Origin: an uncultured candidatus Brocadiaceae bacterium | Lineage (GTDB): Bacteria; Planctomycetota; Brocadiia; SM23-32 | Direction of reading: 5' to 3' | DNA: 45,476 bases | Assembly (NCBI GenBank): GCA_964605915.1 | Contig: CAZSET010000003.1 | Span: 2,886-48,361, forward strand | In this document: piece after piece, positions 1 to 8,257 of the stretch | Position numbering within the stretch: position 1 is the first letter of the stretch | Layout: the number at the start of each line of letters is the position of its first letter | Notes under the pieces: model-generated | Told to the model about the DNA's origin: nothing | Databases searched by the model: none | Seen by the model: only the letters and a program-made list of their open reading frames with translations | Program-made: the position numbers and the translations under genes

Positions 1-1
1 C

Positions 2-319
2 AGCTCCCCCAGGCAAGGGCGCAGCAGCAGCGCCGCCAGGGACTCGGACGCGGTGCAGGGCGTGGACAACTCCCCCAGGCAAGGGTGCAGCAGCAGCGCG
101 GCCCCGGCGGCCGAGCGGGTGCTCCTCAAGCACCGGCGGCAGATGCGCCGCGCGCCCGTCGTGGCGGCCAGGACCGACCTGAGGAGCCGCAGGAAGACCA
201 GCCCGTCCAACCCCGGCGCCGCCAGGCAGGGCGCCGGGCTCCGGACGCGATGCCGGAGAGCCAGTAAGGCGGGCAAGGCGGACGACACCCGCTATACCCC
301 GCCTCCGCCGAGGCGATAA
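2..319 (+). CDS. 3' end of an unidentified ORF open from the window edge (Arg/Ser/Pro-rich, low complexity)
   Basis: The frame is open from nt 2 to TAA 317-319 and is strongly GC3-rich. It encodes SSPRQG[R/C]SSSAA twice, from a 30-nt direct repeat. The antisense frame shares the same third positions and is also open (from 291 downward), so the strand is not decidable. No domain recognised. Confidence 0.2.
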   Translation, partial: SSPRQGRSSSAARDSDAVQGVDNSPRQGCSSSAAPAAERVLLKHRRQMRRAPVVAARTDLRSRRKTSPSNPGAARQGAGLRTRCRRASKAGKADDTRYTPPPPRR

Positions 320-337
320 AATCGGCGGCACGCAGGG

Positions 338-374
338 CGAGCCGGGGAGGCGCCTCCCACCGTCCCCCGGCTCG
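338..374. terminator. GC-rich hairpin between convergent gene ends (candidate bidirectional terminator)
   Basis: cgagccgggg (338-347) is the exact reverse complement of ccccggctcg (365-374). The 17-nt loop contains the palindrome gggaggcgcctccc (345-358). It lies between the stop at 317-319 (+) and the aspS stop at 390-392 (-). Only a weak T tail (ttct). Confidence 0.35.
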
Positions 375-389
375 TTCTCCATATCCCCG

Positions 390-2156
390 TCAGGGCGCCT
401 CGTCGATCGAGATGCCCAGCTCCCTGAGCTGCTCCTCCGCCACCTCGGACGGAGCGCCCGTCAGCAGACAAACGGCGCGCTGCGTCTTGGGGAAGGCGAT
501 GGTCTCCCGAATGTCCTCCAGGCCGAGCAGCGTGGTCACGACGCGGTCGAAGCCGAAGGCAATGCCGCCGTGGGGCGGCGGGCCGTAGCGCAGGGCGTCC
601 AGGAAGAATCCGAACCGCTCCCGCGCCTGCTCTTCGGAGTAGCCGAGGATCTTGAGTGTCCGCAGTTGCAGGTCGCGCTCGGAGATACGGATGCTGCCGC
701 CGGCCAGCTCCTGGCCGTTCATCACCAGGTCGTAAGCCTGGGCACAGACCGATTCGGGATCGCTCTCGAGCCGGTCCACGTGCTCCGGCACGGGGCACGT
801 CCAGGGATGGTGAACGAAGGTCAGTTCGCCCGTGCGCTCGTCCCTCTCGAACGAGGGCGGCTCCACGACCCAGCAGAGCGCGTTCTCCGCGCCTGCCAGG
901 AGGCCGAGCTCGCGCGCCAGGTGCAGCCGCAGGTGCGACAGGGCCAGGTTGCAGACGTAGCGCCTATCCGCCACGAAGAGCAGGAGCGAACCGTCCCCCG
1001 CGCCCAGGCGCTCGCAGATGGCGCCGATCTCGCCCTCGTTGAAGAACTTGGCGACCCCGCCCTCCGCCGCTCCGTCCCTCACCTTGAACCATGCCAGGCC
1101 GCCGGGCCCGAACTGCTTGATCCACTCCACCAACCCGTCCACCTTGCTGCGCGGCATATCGGCCCCGCCCGGAACGCAGATGCCGCGGACCTGTCCGTCC
1201 TCCTCGACCGCCTGGCGGAAGACGCGGAACTCGCATTCGGCGGCAATGTCCGACACGTCCCCTATCTCGAGGCCGAAGCGAAGGTCGGGCGAGTCGGTGC
1301 CGTACTTGCGCATTGCGTCGTGGTAGGTCATGCGAGGGAGGGGGAGGGACAGCGTCTCGCCGAGCAGCTCATCGAATACGCGGGCCACCAGTCCCTCCGT
1401 CAGCTCCATGACGTCCTCCTTCTCGACGAAGGACATCTCGATGTCGATCTGGGTGAACTCGGGCTGGCGGTTGGCCCGCACGTCCTCATCGCGCAGGCAC
1501 TTGACGATCTGGAAGTAGCGATCCAGCGAGCCGATCATCAGCATCTGCTTGAAGAGCTGCGGACTCTGCGGCAGGGCGTAGAATCTGCCGGGATGCACGC
1601 GGCTGGGCACAAGGTAGTCGCGTGCGCCTTCGGGGGTGCTCTTTGTCAGGAACGGGGTTTCCACCTCGATGAAGCCGTGCTCGTCCAGGTAGCGGTGCAC
1701 GAGCTGGATGAGCCGGTGGCGGAACTCCAGATTCCGCTGCATGACCGGCCGGCGCAGGTCCAGATATCGGTGACGCAGCCGCACCTCCAGGGAGACCTCC
1801 TCGCTGCCCAAAACGTCGAACGGCGGCGGGTCGCTCTTGCTGTGAAGCTCCATCTCCTCGGCCACGACCTCGATCTGGCCGGTTGGCAGGTCGGGATTCG
1901 CCATCTCGGGAGGGCGCTCGTCCACGCGCCCGCGCACGCTGACGCAGTATTCGCTGCGCAGCGCGCGAGCCCGTCGGTGCAGATCGGGGTCCTGCTCCGG
2001 CCGGAAGACGACCTGCGTCAATCCCGTCCGGTCGCGGAGATCAATGAAGACCAGGCCCCCGTGATCGCGCCAGTTGCTCACCCAGCCGCTCAAGACGGCT
2101 TCTTCCCCGACGTTTTCCACCCGCAATTCGCCGCATCTGTGTGTTCGCTTCAGCAT
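390..2156 (-). CDS. aspS: Aspartyl-tRNA synthetase
   Basis: Translation shows the N-terminal OB anticodon-binding domain (GWVSNWRDHGGLVFIDLRDRTG) and a class II core (FYALPQSPQLFKQ, RDEDVRANRQPEFTQID, GGIAFGFDR). Start set at ATG 2156 (MLKRTH); the 27 upstream codons are Arg-rich and unlikely to be coding. Confidence 0.95.
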   Translation of the reverse strand: MLKRTHRCGELRVENVGEEAVLSGWVSNWRDHGGLVFIDLRDRTGLTQVVFRPEQDPDLHRRARALRSEYCVSVRGRVDERPPEMANPDLPTGQIEVVAEEMELHSKSDPPPFDVLGSEEVSLEVRLRHRYLDLRRPVMQRNLEFRHRLIQLVHRYLDEHGFIEVETPFLTKSTPEGARDYLVPSRVHPGRFYALPQSPQLFKQMLMIGSLDRYFQIVKCLRDEDVRANRQPEFTQIDIEMSFVEKEDVMELTEGLVARVFDELLGETLSLPLPRMTYHDAMRKYGTDSPDLRFGLEIGDVSDIAAECEFRVFRQAVEEDGQVRGICVPGGADMPRSKVDGLVEWIKQFGPGGLAWFKVRDGAAEGGVAKFFNEGEIGAICERLGAGDGSLLLFVADRRYVCNLALSHLRLHLARELGLLAGAENALCWVVEPPSFERDERTGELTFVHHPWTCPVPEHVDRLESDPESVCAQAYDLVMNGQELAGGSIRISERDLQLRTLKILGYSEEQARERFGFFLDALRYGPPPHGGIAFGFDRVVTTLLGLEDIRETIAFPKTQRAVCLLTGAPSEVAEEQLRELGISIDEAP

Positions 2157-2249
2157 TCGGTTCGGGATTCTCCTTGGACTATCGTGCTTGGATCGCCGCA
2201 GAGCCCTGGATCGCGGACGGAGCCGCAGGCTCTGCAAAGGGCGGCGGGC

Positions 2250-3002
2250 TTAATTCGTCAGCCGCCGTCTGGTTCGGTCGGCCCGCTGTCCGACCGTCAG
2301 TATGCTCTTGCGCAGTTCGACGGGGCTGAGGCCCTCGCGCAGGATCGTGTTGAACATCATGAAGTGGGGCTCGCCGCCGACGTCGCTGAGCGCTATCGCC
2401 CCGTAAGGCATCTTCAGGTTGTGGCGGAGCACGGTCTCGTAGTGCTCGGGCGCCGCCTTGCCGCAGTCGGCGTAGACGATCACTATGGCGGCGCCCTCGT
2501 GGTCGTGCGAGCCGAAGACGGCCCCCACGCGCTGGGAGCCGCCCCGCAACGGCACGTCAACGGCGTATCGACCCTCTCCTTCCTGTCGGAAGGACGCCTT
2601 GACCTCTCGGAGGGCCTGTTCCATGAGCGCGGTGTCGTCCAGTGCCGTCGACGGAGCCGGCGCTTCGGCGCGGCGCCCGTGCTGCTCGGCCCAGCGCAAC
2701 CACTCGTTCGGCACGGGGCCCAGGTCCTCGCCCACTATCCTTATGAGCGCATCATGCGCGACGCTCTGGTAGTCGGTCTGGTCCAGGCGGGGAGCGATGG
2801 CCGGCACGGCCTCGACGGCGCGGAGCTGGCCCAGGCACTTCAGGATGGCCCATCTGGCGCCCTCCTGGGCCTCGCGCTCAAGGGCGTCCAGCAGGGGGCC
2901 GACGGCCTCCGAGCCCATGGCCACCAGCTCGCGGGAGGCCGCGCTGCGTTGCCTGAAATCCCTCAACTGCGCAACGAGAGACCTGATCCTGTCTTCACTC
3001 AT
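2250..3002 (-). CDS. HEAT-repeat protein with C-terminal YbjN-like (T3SS-chaperone-like) domain
   Basis: The N-terminal half has HEAT/PBS-lyase-like repeats (GSEAVGPLLDALE..., AVEAVPAIAPRLD...). The C-terminal half (YAVDVPLRGGSQRVGAVF...IVIVYADCG...HFMMFNTIL...LTVGQRAD) fits the YbjN-like pattern. ATG 3002 overlaps the hisS stop (2995-2997), suggesting co-transcription. Confidence 0.7.
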   Translation of the reverse strand: MSEDRIRSLVAQLRDFRQRSAASRELVAMGSEAVGPLLDALEREAQEGARWAILKCLGQLRAVEAVPAIAPRLDQTDYQSVAHDALIRIVGEDLGPVPNEWLRWAEQHGRRAEAPAPSTALDDTALMEQALREVKASFRQEGEGRYAVDVPLRGGSQRVGAVFGSHDHEGAAIVIVYADCGKAAPEHYETVLRHNLKMPYGAIALSDVGGEPHFMMFNTILREGLSPVELRKSILTVGQRADRTRRRLTN

Positions 3003-4314
3003 CGCTCGTGGTCCCGCCCCCTTCGGCCTGGGCCTCTCGCCCGGCGGACGCATCCCGCACCTCTGTGACCGCGCGCTCCCGCGCGACGCTCCACTGCCGG
3101 CCGTCGGCCATGTCCTTGATCGTCACCTCGCCCCGCGCCAACTCGTCCGGCCCGATCAGCACGCAGAGCTGCGCCCCGCGCCGATTCGCCACGCGCATCT
3201 GGGACTTGGCGCTCCTGCCCTCGTAGTCCATGTCGGCCGACAGGCCGCCGTCGCGCAGGGCCTGCACCAGCTCGAAACAGTCGGCCCGCGCCGCGTCGTC
3301 GAAACTGACGACGTAGACCTCGACGCTGGGCGCGGTCTCCGGCGGCGGGCCTTGTTCGCTCTCCATGGCCAGCAGCGTCGACTCGGCACCGATGGCAAAG
3401 CCCACGCACGGAAGCGGAGGCCCGCCCAGCAGCTCGACCAGATCGTCGTAACGTCCGCCGCCGCAGATGGCGTCCCGCGCCCCGAGCCACCGGTGCTTGA
3501 TCTCGTAGACGGTGCGCGTGTAGTAGTCCAACCCGCGCACGAGGCGCGGATCCTCCTCGTAGCTGATGCCCGCCCGGTCCAGCGCCGACTTCACCTGCTC
3601 ATAGTGGGCCGCGCATTCGTCGCACAGGTAGTCCGTCATGACCGAAAGGACGGCCACCACTTCGCGACACTTCTCGTTCTTGCAGTCGAGCACGCGCAGC
3701 ACGTTGCGGTCCAGACGGCTGCGGCAGTCCTCGCAAAGCTCGTCTTCCCTACCGTGTAGTATAGCGCGCACCTCCTCACGGAACTGCGGCCGGCACTTGC
3801 TGCATCCGATCGAGTTGAGGGAGACGTCGAAGTCCTTCAGTCCTAGTTCCCGGAAGACGGAGACGGCCAGCAAAATCGTCTCGGCGTCCAGCAGCGGGCT
3901 GTCGCTGCCGATGGCCTCCACGCCCAACTGGTGGAACTGGCGCAGGCGCCCCTTCTGCGGACGCTCGTGCCGGAACATCGGCCCGACGTAGTAGAGCTTC
4001 TGGAACGCCTCCTGCTTGTGCAGATTCGCCTCCAGGTAGGCGCGGATGACAGAGGGCGTCCCCTCCGGGCAGAGGGTGATGCTCTCCCCGTCGCCCGCCG
4101 GGATGGTGTACATCTGCTTCTGGACGATCTCCGTGGTCTCGCCCGTGCCCTTCTCGAAGAGGCGGGTGTCCTCGAAGACCGGCGTTCGGATGCGCCCGTA
4201 GCCGTAGCGCTCGAACAGGCGCGCGGCCGTCTCATACAGCCGGCGCCAGTAGGTCCACTGGCCGGGCAGCACGTCCTCGGTTCCCTGGACTGATCTTATG
4301 TCTTCCTGAGCCAT
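2995..4314 (-). CDS. hisS: Histidyl-tRNA synthetase
   Basis: MAQEDIRSVQGTEDVLPGQ..., the class IIa core (MFRHERPQKGRLRQFHQLGVE, GGGRYDDL) and a C-terminal anticodon-binding domain. Start at ATG 4314. Confidence 0.95.
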   Translation of the reverse strand: MAQEDIRSVQGTEDVLPGQWTYWRRLYETAARLFERYGYGRIRTPVFEDTRLFEKGTGETTEIVQKQMYTIPAGDGESITLCPEGTPSVIRAYLEANLHKQEAFQKLYYVGPMFRHERPQKGRLRQFHQLGVEAIGSDSPLLDAETILLAVSVFRELGLKDFDVSLNSIGCSKCRPQFREEVRAILHGREDELCEDCRSRLDRNVLRVLDCKNEKCREVVAVLSVMTDYLCDECAAHYEQVKSALDRAGISYEEDPRLVRGLDYYTRTVYEIKHRWLGARDAICGGGRYDDLVELLGGPPLPCVGFAIGAESTLLAMESEQGPPPETAPSVEVYVVSFDDAARADCFELVQALRDGGLSADMDYEGRSAKSQMRVANRRGAQLCVLIGPDELARGEVTIKDMADGRQWSVARERAVTEVRDASAGREAQAEGGGTTSDE

Positions 4315-4450
4315 TGGTCCGATTGGGCCTGACGCGGGAAAGGCCAAGCAAGGAAGCGATGACATGGCATCCCGGGAAGCAGCGTCCGCGGGCAGCGGCA
4401 TGCAAGTCCGTGCCGACCGTCACTGCGCACAGAAAAGCGATAGATGCTGC

Positions 4451-4478
4451 ATTGTAGCAGAAGCCGGCCCATTTGCAA
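4451..4478 (-). promoter_or_regulatory. Candidate sigma70-type promoter for hisS operon
   Basis: On the minus strand: TTGCAA (4478-4473), 16-nt spacer, TACAAT (4456-4451), about 140 nt upstream of the hisS ATG. Confidence 0.35.
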
Positions 4479-4577
4479 AGCATCCCGCATCGGCTGCACT
4501 TGCAAAGGCGGGGCGCCGCCCGGTAGCGTACCTGAGGCCTGTGCCCGTCTCCCTATTCCCATCCGCGAAGGTAAGGC

Positions 4578-5264
4578 ATGGCCTCGGACCTGACCGGCAG
4601 GCGCATCCTGGTGACCAGCGGCCCGACCCGCGCCGACCTGGACGCGGTGCGGTTCATCAGCAACCGTTCGTCGGGCCGCCTCGGCTGCCGCATCGTCCGG
4701 GAGGCGCTCGCTCGCGGTGCAGCGGTGACGCTGGTGGCCGGCCCGCAGAGCGCCGTCCCCCGCCCGGACGATCTGAGCGCCCAAGAGGCCGAACGCCTGC
4801 GCGTGCTGCGCATAGAGACGGTGCCCGACCTCATGCGAACGCTCGAGGAAGAGTTGACGGGACCTGAGGCGCCGGAGGCCGTCGTGCACGCGATGGCCGT
4901 CCTGGACTACGTGCCCGAGGCCAGCCGCGCCGAGAAGACGCCCTCAGGGCAGGAGAGCTGGGACATCCGCCTGGTCAGGACGCCGAAGGTGATCCGGCGC
5001 ATCAAGGAATGGGCGCCGAAGACGTTCCTGGTCGAGTTCAAGCTCGAGGTGGGGGAACCGGAGGATCGGCTGCGCGAGATTGCGCTGGCGTCCCTGCGCG
5101 CCAACCGCGCGGACCTGGTCGTGGCGAACGATCTGACGCGGATCCGGGACGAAACCCACCCCGCCCTCATCATCTCCCCGGAGGGGCAGGTCCTGGCCCG
5201 CCCCGCCACCAAGACGGACATCGCCCGCGCCCTCTGCGACATCCTGGCCGGCCGTTCTCGTTGA
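4578..5264 (+). CDS. coaB: Phosphopantothenate-cysteine ligase (stand-alone CoaB domain)
   Basis: GRRILVTSGPTRADLDAVRFISNRSSGRLG...AVTLVAG matches the DFP/CoaB C-terminal domain. At 228 aa there is no CoaC flavoprotein half. Confidence 0.85.
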   Translation: MASDLTGRRILVTSGPTRADLDAVRFISNRSSGRLGCRIVREALARGAAVTLVAGPQSAVPRPDDLSAQEAERLRVLRIETVPDLMRTLEEELTGPEAPEAVVHAMAVLDYVPEASRAEKTPSGQESWDIRLVRTPKVIRRIKEWAPKTFLVEFKLEVGEPEDRLREIALASLRANRADLVVANDLTRIRDETHPALIISPEGQVLARPATKTDIARALCDILAGRSR

Positions 5265-5289
5265 GGCGCCGGCCGGGCGCCATCTGTGC

Positions 5290-8175
5290 CTAGAGGCGCT
5301 TCAGGGACAGGATCGGCTCCTGGGCGAGGAGGCGGCGCAGGATCGAGAAGTCCGGCAGCCTGAACGCCTTGCGCACGGCTTCGTCTATCTCCGCCCGCAC
5401 GGGGTCTTCCGCGATCTGTGCTATGGGGCTGAGCTCAGATGCTGCAAGAGAATCATAGGCTCCTGCGAGAAATGTGCGCACCTTTCTGCTCATGGCAGCC
5501 ACGCTTAGCACGGGGAGGCGCGCGAGCGCCGTCTTCTTGTAGTGCGACCATGGCCCTTCGGTCTCCACCCGATGCGTCAGCCAGACGCAGAGCCCCAGCG
5601 TCGAGTTAAGCCACAGCACAAGTGCCTTCTCGCCTGCATCGGATTCGCGCCTCCCACCCATTTTGAAAGGCCACCAGACGTTCGACAAAGCCGGCTTGTC
5701 AAGCAGCACGGACACAAGTCTGTGTGTGTTGAGCCTAAGTCCTTCGGCCAGCATCAACTTCCCAGCGCCCGCCCAAAGGTCTGAGGCCCTGGGGGGCGGC
5801 GGACCTTCCCCGTCGCCTGGAGCCGGTGAGAGATACAGATTAGGGTGCTGGGCCATCGTCCCGATGTCTTCGGATGTGTGCCCCCATAATGCCGGGTATG
5901 GCGTCAGCACGGCGCTCTTTCTGAATCCGCTGTGGACGCCGTGGCGGTCCGGCCCTAGCGAGCCCAGATCCCCTAAGGGGCACAGGGGAACTTTGCGCCT
6001 GCGGGCCCTGCCCGGCAGCCAGAGGTAGCCCCGAAGAAGGTTGTGGGCCGCTCGGACGAGGTCGGCCTGGGCGAAGGCGCAGGGCAGAAGCCAGCTCTCC
6101 TGGCTCTTGAGGAACTCCCACGACACGGAGACGGCCTCGCCAAGCTTCTGCTCCCCCAGGCGCAGTTCGAGGGCCCCCTGCCCTTGTTCCAGGTCCGGCG
6201 CCTGCTGCCGGCGGAGCTTCTCGGCAATGGCCAGCGCCTCGAACTGCGTCGTCGGGTTGCGCCAGAGATTGACGGCCGTCACGCGGCCATCCTGCGCATG
6301 CGCCTTGCGATCGGCCTTGACGGCGACCAGAAGGACCTCGCTCAGGTCGGTGCTCTCGGAGAAGTTCCAGCGCTCCGGATCGTGACTGCATATCACGTGT
6401 TCGACGCGGTAATAGCTCCGCAGCAGCTCGCGGCTCGGACCCCAGGCGACACCGGAGAGGACGGCCTTCGGCAACACCACGGCCAGACGCCCGCCGGGCT
6501 TGATGTGCGAATGGGCCACGGCCAGGAACACGGATCCGAGGCCCGCCGTGCTGTTCGCAAGGACCTTCGGGCCTCGGAGCATCCGGCCGAGTTTCTTCTG
6601 CATCTGGCGGCGCTCTTCCGGGGGCGATGAGCCGAACAGGAGGTTCCCGCCGACGCTCCGCGTGAAGGGCGGGTTCATCACGCACAGGTCGATGCGCGGC
6701 AGAGGAGCGGGCACTGGTCCGCTGGCCTGGGATGGGCTTACCCGCCCCGAAGCGCTCGGCCCGGCAAAGAGGTCCACGTGCATGTTGACGGTTCGGCTGT
6801 TGAGAAACTCGATGCTGCCCAGCCGCCGCTTCTCTCCGCCCAACGGAAGGCTGTAGAGATTCATCTCTCGGAAGGCCACCTCGGGGGCCCGGAGGGCCAG
6901 CGTGGAGGCCGTCAGGTGCACCGCCGACGCGAGCACGTCGTAGCCGTACATAACGTCCTCGGCGAGGACGCGGTGAAGGGCCGGAAGGTCCAGCCCCGGG
7001 CCCTTGCCCTGGGAGGCCTCGATGTAATTCTCGGCGACGGCCTGGGCGGCGGCCATCAGCAAGGTGCCGGTTCCGCAGGCCAGGTCCACGACGTGGAAAT
7101 CCCGGAGCTTCTCCAGGTCATGCCACGGCACGTCCCACGCCTTGGGCCGCAGGGCCATCTCCAGCAGCAGTGCCGCGGCCGGGATGCTGGTGTAGTAGGT
7201 TCCGAGGTACTTCGCCTGGGACAGCAGACGGTGGTAGACGCGGCCCATCAGGTCATGCCTCATCGGCGCCCGCATGTCAACCAATTCCCGCGCCGCCTCC
7301 GAGAGGCCCTCCACGGCCGCCTGTATCTCCCTGAAGGACGTGCAGCTGCGCAGGACTGCCTCCGCGAGGTGGAAGATGGGGTAGTAGTCGATCTCCCGCA
7401 GAATATAGCCCCAGTGCTCAGCGAACTTCATCACGGGGTCTCTGTCGCTGGGAAGGTTTGCGATAGCCTTCACGCGCGGATCAGAACCCGAAAGCACCTC
7501 CTGGAAGATCATGGCGTTCATGATGACGAGGCCGCCGACGCGGCAGGCGGCGCGCTCGGGCGTCTCCTCCCCAGGCATCGGCGAGCGGGGGGCATTGGCG
7601 GGGCCGGGGGAGAAGTCGATGGGCCGGATGCCAAGCCGATCCATGATGCGGCCAATCACGCCGGGCCGCGGGGCGAGAGCAGAGGCGAATCGGCTGACCG
7701 CCTCGTCCAGGATGGCGACGGCCTTCGCAACGACGTCCTCACGGACCAGCCGCTCGAAAGCCGCGTGCAACGACCTCTCCAGATAACCGACGTCCCCTGC
7801 GGCGAAACCGGTCTCGCCGGCCTCAGTCACGAGCGCGATCTGAAGGGAAGCGCGCCCCAGGCGATCCGGGAGCTCTGCGAACTCCGCGCGACGAAGCTCC
7901 GCCGGGTAAACCACCCCGATTCCGATGTGGGCGATGCCGTCCTCGACGCGCCGTCTGGCAGACTCAAGTGCGCGCCCCGCAGCATCGGGCTGGTCGGCCA
8001 CTTCCCCTTCGATAGCGGTCCTGAGCCCGCTGTAATAGACGATCACGTCGACCATCTTGCGTCCGTGCTCGAGCGTGGCATCGAATATGTACTCGGGCGC
8101 CGTGACCATGCCCCTGTCCTGCAGAAGCCTGGCCAGGGCTACGTTGAGGACTTCCTGTCTATAGCCGTCAGGCAT
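5290..8175 (-). CDS. Large N6-adenine-type DNA methyltransferase with N-terminal nuclease-like domain (type IIG-like R-M fusion)
   Basis: Motif X-like GTYYTS, motif I VVDLACGTGTLL, motif IV NPPF (6664-6675) and a TaqI_C/TRD-like ALVLWLNSTLGL are present. The N-terminus (VDVIVYYSGLRTAIEGEV) resembles a PD-(D/E)xK core. Start taken at ATG 8175 (MPDGYRQ) with GGGGAG upstream; the ORF extends to 8256. Confidence 0.8.
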   Translation of the reverse strand: MPDGYRQEVLNVALARLLQDRGMVTAPEYIFDATLEHGRKMVDVIVYYSGLRTAIEGEVADQPDAAGRALESARRRVEDGIAHIGIGVVYPAELRRAEFAELPDRLGRASLQIALVTEAGETGFAAGDVGYLERSLHAAFERLVREDVVAKAVAILDEAVSRFASALAPRPGVIGRIMDRLGIRPIDFSPGPANAPRSPMPGEETPERAACRVGGLVIMNAMIFQEVLSGSDPRVKAIANLPSDRDPVMKFAEHWGYILREIDYYPIFHLAEAVLRSCTSFREIQAAVEGLSEAARELVDMRAPMRHDLMGRVYHRLLSQAKYLGTYYTSIPAAALLLEMALRPKAWDVPWHDLEKLRDFHVVDLACGTGTLLMAAAQAVAENYIEASQGKGPGLDLPALHRVLAEDVMYGYDVLASAVHLTASTLALRAPEVAFREMNLYSLPLGGEKRRLGSIEFLNSRTVNMHVDLFAGPSASGRVSPSQASGPVPAPLPRIDLCVMNPPFTRSVGGNLLFGSSPPEERRQMQKKLGRMLRGPKVLANSTAGLGSVFLAVAHSHIKPGGRLAVVLPKAVLSGVAWGPSRELLRSYYRVEHVICSHDPERWNFSESTDLSEVLLVAVKADRKAHAQDGRVTAVNLWRNPTTQFEALAIAEKLRRQQAPDLEQGQGALELRLGEQKLGEAVSVSWEFLKSQESWLLPCAFAQADLVRAAHNLLRGYLWLPGRARRRKVPLCPLGDLGSLGPDRHGVHSGFRKSAVLTPYPALWGHTSEDIGTMAQHPNLYLSPAPGDGEGPPPPRASDLWAGAGKLMLAEGLRLNTHRLVSVLLDKPALSNVWWPFKMGGRRESDAGEKALVLWLNSTLGLCVWLTHRVETEGPWSHYKKTALARLPVLSVAAMSRKVRTFLAGAYDSLAASELSPIAQIAEDPVRAEIDEAVRKAFRLPDFSILRRLLAQEPILSLKRL

Positions 8176-8227
8176 GAACGACTCCCCGCCAATCCCCAAT
8201 CGGCAAGACCACTGCGGTCGAGCCCAA

Positions 8228-8256
8228 TCTATAACCGACCTTCTGTCCCCGTTCAA
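8228..8256 (-). promoter_or_regulatory. Candidate sigma70-type promoter for the 5290-8175 methyltransferase
   Basis: On the minus strand: TTGAAC (8256-8251), 17-nt spacer, TATAGA (8233-8228), in the 82-nt gap after the mtaB-like stop. Confidence 0.4.
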
Positions 8257-8257
8257 A

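Noticed and set aside
570-3068. 832-aa + strand ORF spanning aspS and the HEAT-repeat gene
   Set aside because: It is antisense to two genes with unmistakable products. The translation is Ala/Arg/Gly/Leu-rich with no motifs. This is a typical high-GC shadow ORF that shares third-codon positions with the real genes.
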